Source of the DNA: an uncultured cyanobacterium
GTDB lineage: Bacteria; Cyanobacteriota; Cyanobacteriia; Cyanobacteriales; Nostocaceae
Reading direction: 5' to 3'
Length of the DNA: 64,000 nucleotides
NCBI GenBank assembly: GCA_963706595.1
Contig: OY970166.1
Coordinates: 2,464,001-2,528,000 of the forward strand
The translations under genes were made by a program, and so were the position numbers. Position 1 is the stretch's first letter, and each line of letters begins with the position of its first letter. This document shows positions 9,484 to 18,043 of this stretch, one piece after another. The notes under the pieces are model-generated. The model did no database searches. It had not been told where the DNA came from and saw nothing but the letters and a program-made list of their open reading frames with translations.

Positions 9484-10152
9484 ATGTTCATGAATTTAGA
9501 TTGGGAAGTTACCTTAGATAAATATGTAGAATGGGAAGAGCAACTTATTCAAAGACAAGAGGTTTTGCAAAAAATATCTACTCAAAATGAAAATTTTATT
9601 GCCCAGCTACTATCTGCTGATAATCCAATTAAGATTGAGCTAGGCGCAGGAAAAGAGCGCCAACTAGAAGGATGGACTACTGTAGATATTAATGGCGATT
9701 GTGACCTCATTTTAGACTTACAAAATCCTCTTCCATTTCCAGATGAAAGTGTCAGTGAAATATACTCTTCTCATGTTCTTGAACACTTTCTTTACCCTAA
9801 TCCAATGGCAGGAATTTTAAATGAATGCCATCGGATCTTAAAACAAGGAGGTATTTTTAGCGTATGCGTACCTAATGCAAGAATATATATTGAGGCATAC
9901 TTGAATCCTGATAAATTTGATCAGAAAAAATACTGCCTATATAAACCCGCTTATCATTACAAATCTCCAATTGATTATATCAACTACATTGCCTATATGG
10001 CTGGTCATCACTTTCATTTGTTCGATGAAGAAAACTTGGTATCTACTTTATCTGAAGCAGGGTTTAAAAATGTTATGTTGAGGGATTTCGATCCAAATAT
10101 TGATCTTGAAGGACGGAGGAATGAATCTATTTATGCCATCTGTGAAAAATAA
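9484..10152 (+). CDS. Class I SAM-dependent methyltransferase-like protein of glycan loci
   Basis: IELGAG, LPFPDESVSEIYSSHVLEH and ECHRILKQGG motifs. Confidence 0.85.
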   Translation: MFMNLDWEVTLDKYVEWEEQLIQRQEVLQKISTQNENFIAQLLSADNPIKIELGAGKERQLEGWTTVDINGDCDLILDLQNPLPFPDESVSEIYSSHVLEHFLYPNPMAGILNECHRILKQGGIFSVCVPNARIYIEAYLNPDKFDQKKYCLYKPAYHYKSPIDYINYIAYMAGHHFHLFDEENLVSTLSEAGFKNVMLRDFDPNIDLEGRRNESIYAICEK

Positions 10153-10325
10153 GATCATTCTTATGTGAAGTTGCATAAAATTATTAAATCCAGTAATTTA
10201 TACGTGATTATGTGCAGTAGTTTTCCTTTAAAACTTATTATATGCACCTTCAGGTTAATACTTTTATAAAATGGCAAATTACGAATAAAATCTAGGATAA
10301 ATAACTAAAAATAAGCATAAAAAGT

Positions 10326-13300
10326 ATGAATAATGAACTCGCTAATTCTGAACTTAACCGCTTGATTCCCCCTGAAATCAAAAATGATGAATTTTATGCT
10401 GTTATTCAAAAAATTTCAGCAGCAGAAGATATTAAAACAGTTTTAGAAATTGGCTCATCTTCAGGAGAAGGAAGTACCGAAGCATTTGTAACTGGACTTC
10501 GGCAAAACCCTAATAAACCCAAATTATTTTGCATGGAAGTTTCCAAAACTAGATTCCATGAATTACAAAAAAAATATATAAATGATGATTTTGTCAATTG
10601 CTATAATGTGTCATCTATTAGCATAAAAAACTTTCCTGACGAGCAAGAAGTTATTGATTTTTATAAAAATACTCAAAATAAGTTACACTTTTATCCCATT
10701 GAGACGGTTCTTAACTGGCTAAAACAAGATATTGAATATGTACATCAATCTGGAGTATCTGACAATGGTATTCAAAAAATTAAGCAAGAGCATAATATTG
10801 ATTATTTTGACTTAGTTTTAATCGATGGTTCAGAATTTACTGGTATAGCTGAACTAAACGAGGTATATGGAGCTAATTTTATTTGCTTAGATGATATTGA
10901 AACATTCAAGAACTATCAAAATCATCATCAGCTTCTTGCAGATCAGAACTATAAATTAATTGCTCAAAATACTTCTGTTAGGAACGGTTACTCTATTTTC
11001 AAGAAAATAGATAGCGTTGAACAGTACATATCACAATATGAAACATCTGAGCAATTGCTTGTCAGAAAAATTGTTAAGTCAGGAATGGTTGTTTTTGATG
11101 TCGGAGCAAATATTGGTGACTATTCAATTCTGCTAAGTAAACTCGTAAATGAATCTGGAAGAGTCTATTCTTTTGAACCAGCAACAGATACTTTTAATAA
11201 ACTACAAAAACGAATTTCTCAATCTAATTTTAATAATGTTTCTTTAACACAAAAAGCAGTTTATTCAAATAATAGCCAAATTGAATTTAATGAGTTTGCA
11301 GAAGACTTCTCAGTTTGGAATAGTATTGGTAAACCACAAATGCTAAATCCAAATGGCTCTGGAAAATATGTACCGATTGTAAACACTGAAATTGTAGAAA
11401 CTGTTACCCTGGATTTCTTCTGTAAAAGTAATAATATTCAGAAAATTGATTATTTAAAAATTGATGTTGAAGGCGCAGAAAGTGATGTTTTGCAAGGATG
11501 TACAGAACTATTAGAAAACAAAGCTATTAGCTTTATCCAGTTTGAAATATCACAAAAAATGCTGGAAGGATTAAATCGTCATGCTCACTCTAGTTTTGAT
11601 ATTTTAGTTAAAAACGGTTATGAATGCCATCGCATTACTCGAAGTGGGGATATTGGGGAAGAAGTAACAAATTCCGATTCTTTCTATGAAAATTATATTG
11701 CTTTTCCTTCCTTACCTATTCATTTCTTTACTATTGTTCTCAACGGACAACCATTTATAAAATACCACATAGAAATATTCAAACAACTTGCTTTTAAATG
11801 GCATTGGCACATTGTTGAAGGTGTAGCAGATTTAAAACATGATACTGGGTGGAGTGTTAGATTAGGTGGACGTATTACTGATGAAATTCATAAAAATGGT
11901 CGTAGTAATGACGGCACTACAGAATATTTAAACGAACTAGCGCAACTTTACCCTGATAATGTCACAATTTACCGGAAGCCAGAAGGTATTTTCTGGGACG
12001 GAAAACGCGAAATGGTGAATGCACCACTTGCTAATCTTCAAGAAGAATGTTTGCTGTGGCAAGTAGATGTGGATGAATTATGGACATTAGAACAGGTTTG
12101 TAATGCCAGAGAAATATTTATTACTAACCCTAATAAAACTGCTGCATTTTATTGGTGCTGGTATTTTGTTGGCGAAAAACTAATTATAAGTACTCGTAAC
12201 TGTTATGCCCAAAACCCTCAACAAGAGTGGCTAAGAACTTGGAGATTCAGGCCTGGAGCATTTTGGGCAGCACATGAACCTCCAGTATTAGTAGAAACTT
12301 TGGCAGATGGACAATATAAAAATATTGCTGATGAAAATCCTTTCTTACATCAAGAGACTGAAAAGTTTGGTTTAGTTTTTCAACATTTTGCCTATGCTAC
12401 AAAAGAACAATTACAATTTAAAGAACAATACTATGGTTATAGTAATGCTGTAGCTCAGTGGGAAGCCTTACAAAAAACACATAAACTACCAATTTTTTTA
12501 CGTGAATATTTTTCCTGGGTTACAGATCAAACTCAAGTAGACATTGCAGATTCACTTGGAATAATACCAATTGCACAAAAAGAAATTGGTAAAAATGATT
12601 TGCAGTTTTTACAACCAGATGAAGTACAGCAAAAAAAATTACAAATTAAAACAATAGTACCAATAATTATTGTTGATGGTGTATTTTTCCAACTCTACGA
12701 AACTGGTATTGCACGTGTCTGGAAATCATTACTAGAAGAATGGGCAAATAACGGATTTGCAAAACATATCGTTGTGCTTAATCGTGCTGGAACTGCTCCT
12801 CAAATCCCTGGTGTTAGATATCGTAATATAGGACGCTACGACTATAACAACACTGCTCCTGACCGAGAAATGCTACAGCAGGTGTGTGATGAAGAAGGAG
12901 CATATTTATTTATCTCTTCTTATTACACTACTCCTCATACCACACCTTCTGTGTTCATGGCCTATGACATGATACCAGAAGTTATGGGATGGGATATGAA
13001 TAATCCCATGTGGCAAGCAAAACATCAAGCTATTCAAACAGCATCTGCTTATATAGCCATTTCTAAACATACCGCATCTGACCTTGCAAGCTGTTTTTCT
13101 GATATACCACTCGAAACTATTACTGTTGCTCATTGTGGTGTTAGTTCTACTTTCTTACCTGCAAAACCCGAAGAAATTAATAATTTTAAAATTAAATACG
13201 GTATTACTAAACCTTACTTACTCTTAGTTGGTGCTGGTGGTGGTTATAAGAATACTCTGTTATTCTTCCAAGCTTTTTCAAAACTTGTCAGCAGTTGTGG

Positions 13301-14147
13301 ATTTGACATTATATTAACTGGAAGTGGTGGTGTATTAGCACCTGAATATCGAGCTTATACATCAGGTAGTGCAGTTTATATGCTGCAACTCAGCGATGAA
13401 GAGTTAGCAATAGCTTATTCTGGTGCTATAGCGCTGGTTTATCCTTCTAAATATGAAGGTTTTGGGATGCCGATAATTGAAGCAATGGCTTGCGGGTGTC
13501 CTGTAATTACTTGTCCTAACGCCTCAATTCCCGAAGCTGCGGGAGAAGCAGCAATATATGTGAATGATGATGATGTGGATGGACTAGCAAATGCACTCTG
13601 TGAGGTGCAAAAACCTAGCATTCGTCAAGCATTGATTTTTGCTGGTTTAGTGCAAGCACAAAAGTTTTCTTGGTCAAATATGGCAGAAACTGTTAGTTCT
13701 GCCTTAATTAAGGCTACTCTTCTGAGTTTGAATCTTAAAGAAATTAATTTCATTATTTTCCCTGATTGGTCACAACCAGAAGAGTCAATTGGTTTAGACT
13801 TGGAGCTAGTTTTGAAGGTGGTAGCAAATCATCCTGATAGTGAAAAAACTACTTTACTGGTCAATACCAAGAACATTTCTGTAGAAGATGCCGAACTATT
13901 TTTATCTAGTGTGGCAATGAATATTCTAATGCAAGAAGATTTAGATATTACCGAGGGATTAGAAATTTCCCTGGTTGCAGATTTGGCAGATATTCAGTGG
14001 AAAGCTTTACTACCTCGCATCAGTGGCAGAATTATCTTAGAGCATGAAGATGAAAACAGCATAATTCAAGCAAAAGCCGAGAATATCACAGCTTATGAAT
14101 TAGAAAGTTTAAATTCAGTTATAGACGAACAGTTTTTTTTTACTTAA
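10326..14147 (+). CDS. Multidomain protein: class I methyltransferase-like + FkbM methyltransferase + GT-A/GT2-like + GT4 glycosyltransferase
   Basis: VLEIGSSSGEG; VFDVGANIG...SFEP...LKIDVEGAE (FkbM); FFTIVLNG...QVDVDE (DXD); YPSKYEGFGMPIIEAMACGCPVI (GT4). Confidence 0.85.
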   Translation: MNNELANSELNRLIPPEIKNDEFYAVIQKISAAEDIKTVLEIGSSSGEGSTEAFVTGLRQNPNKPKLFCMEVSKTRFHELQKKYINDDFVNCYNVSSISIKNFPDEQEVIDFYKNTQNKLHFYPIETVLNWLKQDIEYVHQSGVSDNGIQKIKQEHNIDYFDLVLIDGSEFTGIAELNEVYGANFICLDDIETFKNYQNHHQLLADQNYKLIAQNTSVRNGYSIFKKIDSVEQYISQYETSEQLLVRKIVKSGMVVFDVGANIGDYSILLSKLVNESGRVYSFEPATDTFNKLQKRISQSNFNNVSLTQKAVYSNNSQIEFNEFAEDFSVWNSIGKPQMLNPNGSGKYVPIVNTEIVETVTLDFFCKSNNIQKIDYLKIDVEGAESDVLQGCTELLENKAISFIQFEISQKMLEGLNRHAHSSFDILVKNGYECHRITRSGDIGEEVTNSDSFYENYIAFPSLPIHFFTIVLNGQPFIKYHIEIFKQLAFKWHWHIVEGVADLKHDTGWSVRLGGRITDEIHKNGRSNDGTTEYLNELAQLYPDNVTIYRKPEGIFWDGKREMVNAPLANLQEECLLWQVDVDELWTLEQVCNAREIFITNPNKTAAFYWCWYFVGEKLIISTRNCYAQNPQQEWLRTWRFRPGAFWAAHEPPVLVETLADGQYKNIADENPFLHQETEKFGLVFQHFAYATKEQLQFKEQYYGYSNAVAQWEALQKTHKLPIFLREYFSWVTDQTQVDIADSLGIIPIAQKEIGKNDLQFLQPDEVQQKKLQIKTIVPIIIVDGVFFQLYETGIARVWKSLLEEWANNGFAKHIVVLNRAGTAPQIPGVRYRNIGRYDYNNTAPDREMLQQVCDEEGAYLFISSYYTTPHTTPSVFMAYDMIPEVMGWDMNNPMWQAKHQAIQTASAYIAISKHTASDLASCFSDIPLETITVAHCGVSSTFLPAKPEEINNFKIKYGITKPYLLLVGAGGGYKNTLLFFQAFSKLVSSCGFDIILTGSGGVLAPEYRAYTSGSAVYMLQLSDEELAIAYSGAIALVYPSKYEGFGMPIIEAMACGCPVITCPNASIPEAAGEAAIYVNDDDVDGLANALCEVQKPSIRQALIFAGLVQAQKFSWSNMAETVSSALIKATLLSLNLKEINFIIFPDWSQPEESIGLDLELVLKVVANHPDSEKTTLLVNTKNISVEDAELFLSSVAMNILMQEDLDITEGLEISLVADLADIQWKALLPRISGRIILEHEDENSIIQAKAENITAYELESLNSVIDEQFFFT

Positions 14148-15811
14148 GTAACAAACTCTACTCTCAAGACAAATGGCAAGAGGCTATTGCACAATTTCAA
14201 GAACTTCTCAAAATCCAATCATGTGATGCAGAAGTTTATTGGCAATTAAGTGAGTGCTATAGACAGTTAAACCTATTAGATGAATATTTCCAAACACTCC
14301 AGCAAGGAATTAAACTTCATCCTAGAGATGGGCAATTGCATTTTTCATTAATTGTTAACTTGCGGGTTCATGGGCATGTTCAGGAAGCTATTAATTGTGC
14401 CGAAAATGCCTGTAAATACTTACCTGAGAATTACACCTTTCAAATTTTTAAGTATTTAATAGTTCCATCACTATACAATAACCCAGAAGAAATTAGCTTC
14501 TATCGGCAACGCTATACTCAGGGACTGCAAGATTTAACTCAGGAAACTTCTCTGAAAACCCCTGAAGAAAAAAATAGTGCCTTAGCAGGTATAGGTCGGC
14601 TGACTAACTTTTACTTATCATTTCAAGCACAAAATGATATTGAATTACAACGTCAGTATGGCGAGTTAGTGCATAAAATTATGGCAGCCAACTTCCCCCA
14701 ATGGGTAGTTCCTTTATCTATGCCACAACTTCAGCCTAATCAAAAAATTAGGATTGGCTATGCTTCAAATTACCTACATTCTTATAGTGGAACTTTATGG
14801 TTACTTGGCTGGCTACGTTACTGTAATCATGAACACTTTGAAATTTATTGTTACTACACAGGAAACACTCCTGATGCAATAACTCAAAAATTTCAAGAAT
14901 ATAGTGATGTATTTCACCATATTCCGCATAACTTATCCGCAGTTTGTCAACAGATAATTGCCCATAAGCTGCACATTCTAGTTTATCCCGAAATTGGTAT
15001 GGACGCACCAACTATGCAAATGGCAGGTTTGCGGCTTGCACCTGTGCAGTGTACAGCTTGGGGTCATCCAGTAACAACTGGCTTACCGACAATTGATTAT
15101 TTCTTATCTAGTGAGTTAATGGAAGCAGAAAATGCCCAAGAACATTACTCAGAGAAATTAATTCTTTTACCTAATATTGGTGTTTCGTACCCTAAACCAT
15201 ACATTCCTCCTGTTAGCAAAACTCGTTCAGATTATGGTTTAAGTGATGCAGATATAATTTATTTATGTTGTCAAGCACCTTTTAAATATTTACCACAATA
15301 TGATTTTATCTTGGCAGAAATTGCTAGTCGTGTGCCAAAAGCTAAATTTCTCTTTCTGCGTGGTGAACTACTTAAACAACGTCTAAAACGTGCTTTTGCT
15401 GCTGTTGATTTAGATTTTCAAGATTACTGTGTGTTTCTGACGATTCCAGAACGGCTAGATTATTTAATGATTAACCTACTTTCAGATGTTTACTTAGATA
15501 CATTTACTTGGTCTGGTGGTAATACTAGCTTAGAAGCCATAGCCTGTAATCTTCCCATTGTCACTTGTCCAGGGGAGTTTATGCGGGGTCGTCACACTGA
15601 TAGTTTTTTTAAAATGATCGGTGTCACAGATACTATTGCTAGTAATCAACAAGAATATATTGAAATTGTGGTTAATTTGGGATTAAATCGAGAGTGGAGA
15701 AATGATATTGTTGAAAAAGTGAAGAAAAATAAAGATCGTCTATTTGATGATCAAGTTTGTGTGAAAGGTCTAGAGGATTTTTATAAACAGGTTGTTATAA
15801 AAAAAATGTAA
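14141..15811 (+). CDS. TPR + GT41 (SPINDLY/O-GlcNAc transferase-like) coding region, open from the T9 tract
   Basis: KIRIGYAS, RLAPVQCTAWGHPVTTGLPTIDYFLS and DVYLDTFTWSGGNTSLEAI motifs. The frame of ORF 14336..15811 stays open back to 14141, encoding TPR-like YLSNKLYSQDKWQEAIAQFQELLKIQ, with no ATG start. Confidence 0.85.
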   Translation, partial: YLSNKLYSQDKWQEAIAQFQELLKIQSCDAEVYWQLSECYRQLNLLDEYFQTLQQGIKLHPRDGQLHFSLIVNLRVHGHVQEAINCAENACKYLPENYTFQIFKYLIVPSLYNNPEEISFYRQRYTQGLQDLTQETSLKTPEEKNSALAGIGRLTNFYLSFQAQNDIELQRQYGELVHKIMAANFPQWVVPLSMPQLQPNQKIRIGYASNYLHSYSGTLWLLGWLRYCNHEHFEIYCYYTGNTPDAITQKFQEYSDVFHHIPHNLSAVCQQIIAHKLHILVYPEIGMDAPTMQMAGLRLAPVQCTAWGHPVTTGLPTIDYFLSSELMEAENAQEHYSEKLILLPNIGVSYPKPYIPPVSKTRSDYGLSDADIIYLCCQAPFKYLPQYDFILAEIASRVPKAKFLFLRGELLKQRLKRAFAAVDLDFQDYCVFLTIPERLDYLMINLLSDVYLDTFTWSGGNTSLEAIACNLPIVTCPGEFMRGRHTDSFFKMIGVTDTIASNQQEYIEIVVNLGLNREWRNDIVEKVKKNKDRLFDDQVCVKGLEDFYKQVVIKKM

Positions 15812-15819
15812 ACATTGGT

Positions 15820-15931
15820 TAATAAAATTTTCTAAGTTTTTGGTTTTTAGAAGTTTAATAGTTGCTTCCAGCCAAAGATAATCGTCAACTTCATGCAGTT
15901 GTTGTAGGTAATTTTGTGTTATGTTTAACAT
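15820..15931 (-). pseudogene. DUF29-family N-terminal fragment
   Basis: SD-like AGAGGA, then MLNITQNYLQQLHEVDDYLWLEATIKLLKTKNLEN, resembling the DUF29 start (LYExDxxLWLxxTxxLL). It runs out into the GT41 gene end. Confidence 0.55.
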
Positions 15932-16098
15932 AATATAAATTCCTCTTTGTGAGTAGTTATCATTTATAATGATGTATTTGTCATCACATAATACTAATAA
16001 TCGCCCTTAATTCAAAGATTAACATAATTCATGGCGTAAGTCCTATTATTAGATTTTCTGGTTGGCTTTTCAGACATAATGCGATAAAATTTAAAGTC

Positions 16099-16335
16099 AT
16101 GACAACCGCAAAACCAACAATTAATTCTGTTATTGTCCCAAAAAGACTACCCTTTTTGGAATCAATCTGTTGGCAAACAGCAGATGTATATAGGTTTACT
16201 CTAGAAGAAATGCTAAGTCGTTACGAGCGTGGTTGGACATATCGTACACTGTTTAACAACCTTGAAGGTGAGGAACTTGCTTTCCTCAAGAACCTTGCTA
16301 TAAGGTATAAATCCTGGTTGCAAGTTGATTTATGA
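16099..16335 (+). CDS. Small putative antitoxin partner of the downstream nucleotidyltransferase
   Basis: 78 aa (LPFLESICWQ...YERGW) with an ATGA overlap onto the AbiEii-like gene. Confidence 0.65.
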   Translation: MTTAKPTINSVIVPKRLPFLESICWQTADVYRFTLEEMLSRYERGWTYRTLFNNLEGEELAFLKNLAIRYKSWLQVDL

Positions 16336-17093
16336 CATTCAGATTAGAACACCATAATAAAATTCTCACGATTCTTGAATCTTTAGACTCTGAAGTCCTT
16401 ATTGAGGGTTCTGCTTACTTCGGTGGTGGGACTCTTCTTGCTCTTGATTTTGAAGAATACAGATGGAGTAACGACATTGATTTTATTGCTTCTGTTGGTA
16501 GAGAAGGCTACAAATACCTCCGTAAAGTAGTATTTGACGGTGGGTATGAAGCATTATTTCGTGATTTGAGTAAAATCAAAATTGGACGTGGTATGACTAA
16601 CCAATATGGAATCAGGATGATAGTTTTTGTAGATGATGTGCCTATCAAAACAGAAATTATTGCGGAAACTCGTTTCCAACCTGACCCGCCAAGATATCCC
16701 AAGTGGTCGCCTGTTCCTTGCTTAAGTCTCTATGACTGTTTTACCTCTAAACTGCTGTCAAATTCCGACCGCTTCATGGATGACAGCGTTGAGGCGAGAG
16801 ATTTAATTGACCTAGCAGTTCTCAGATTACAATCTCCAATCCCTGCAATATCAATTGATAAAGCCGAGAAAGCCTATGAGGTAATGCGTCCTTTGCTCAT
16901 AGCAATACAACGCTTTCAGTCAAGACCAAATTACAGAGAAAAATTTTTTGTGGGACTACAAGTTGATAAAGCTCAGATCCCCAAAATTATTGACGGTATT
17001 GATTTATTAGCAGAAGATTTAGGTTTATCCCACACTCTAAGGCTTTTTCAAGAACAGCACGATATATTTGAAGATTTAGAATCGTGCTTCTGA
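16332..17093 (+). CDS. AbiEii/AbiGii-family nucleotidyltransferase toxin
   Basis: FGGGTLLAL...YRWSNDIDF and a C-terminal KL...R...RDLIDL motif. Confidence 0.85.
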   Translation: MTFRLEHHNKILTILESLDSEVLIEGSAYFGGGTLLALDFEEYRWSNDIDFIASVGREGYKYLRKVVFDGGYEALFRDLSKIKIGRGMTNQYGIRMIVFVDDVPIKTEIIAETRFQPDPPRYPKWSPVPCLSLYDCFTSKLLSNSDRFMDDSVEARDLIDLAVLRLQSPIPAISIDKAEKAYEVMRPLLIAIQRFQSRPNYREKFFVGLQVDKAQIPKIIDGIDLLAEDLGLSHTLRLFQEQHDIFEDLESCF

Positions 17094-17239
17094 AAACCAG
17101 AGGACTGAAGTCCTCACTACGAGCTTTTAAGCAATTATTGTTTACGATAATTTTCTCTACTCCTACGTGAATTCTTCTATATCATACATAATGCGATAAA
17201 ATTCAAGAGTAAAGAATGTGAAACCGTGAGAAGTTAAAC

Positions 17240-17494
17240 ATGAAAACAGTCCCCATCCAATTACCAGAAACAGTATTTTCTTCGCTCCGTAAAAATCCTG
17301 AAGAGTTTGTTCAGGAAATGAGAATTGCAGCCGCAGTTAAATGGTATGAAATCGGTAATATATCCCAAAATAAAGCCGCCGAAATTGCTGGGCTAACTCG
17401 TGCAGAATTTATCAACGCTTTATCTCGTTATCAAGTTGATTTCATTCAATACACTGCGCAAGAATTGGCTGAGGAAATAGCGAATGTTGATTAA
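17240..17494 (+). CDS. UPF0175-family putative antitoxin
   Basis: EMRIAAAVKWYEIGNISQNKAAEIAGLTRAEFI (HTH-like); overlaps the next gene. Confidence 0.8.
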   Translation: MKTVPIQLPETVFSSLRKNPEEFVQEMRIAAAVKWYEIGNISQNKAAEIAGLTRAEFINALSRYQVDFIQYTAQELAEEIANVD

Positions 17495-17972
17495 TCGTAT
17501 TATCATTAATTCTTCGCCTCTAATTGTTTTATTCAAAAGTAAACAAGCTGAACTCTTAGCACAACTATTTACAGAAATCTTAGTTCCTGAAGGGGTGTTT
17601 GAGGAGGTAACTAAAGGAGGAGGAGATGATATTGCTTCAAGACAATTACCTACTGTTTCTTGGATACAAATAGTAAAACTCGATAGCATCGCACCTGAAG
17701 TAGCAGCTTGGGATTTAGGAAGAGGAGAATCACAAGTATTAAGTTTAGCTTTGAGGAATTCAGATTATGCCGCTATTGTGGATGATAGAGCAGCACGGCG
17801 TTGTGGTCAATCATTAAGTATTCTTACTATGGGTACTGGAGGTTTACTCATTTTAGCAAAAAGACGGGGACTTATTACCAGCATATCTCCAGGAATTCAG
17901 GCTTTACGCGATGCTGGTTTATGGTTGTCAGATAGTATAGTCAATATACTTAAAAATCAAGCAGGTGAATAA
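17484..17972 (+). CDS. DUF3368-family PIN-domain putative toxin
   Basis: IINSSPLI, LGRGESQVLSLA, IVDDRAARR and GTGGLLILAKRRGLI motifs. Confidence 0.82.
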   Translation: MLINRIIINSSPLIVLFKSKQAELLAQLFTEILVPEGVFEEVTKGGGDDIASRQLPTVSWIQIVKLDSIAPEVAAWDLGRGESQVLSLALRNSDYAAIVDDRAARRCGQSLSILTMGTGGLLILAKRRGLITSISPGIQALRDAGLWLSDSIVNILKNQAGE

Positions 17973-17981
17973 CGTTCTAAT

Positions 17982-18043
17982 GTTCGTAGTCAGCACTTCA
18001 GTGCTTCCGGAGAGAGGAGGACTGAAGTCCTCACTACAAGCTT
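17982..18043. repeat. GTAG-type REP-like inverted repeat; a half copy lies at 17100-17126
   Basis: GTAGTCAGCACTTCAGTGCT...AGGACTGAAGTCCTCACTAC. The 21-mer GAGGACTGAAGTCCTCACTAC is identical at 17100-17120 and 18017-18037. Confidence 0.85.

Noticed and set aside
17100..18043. Classical integron with attC sites
   Set aside because: No tyrosine recombinase gene is in the window, and the repeats are GTAG-type palindromes without clear attC R/L box organisation. Kept only as a cassette-like inference.
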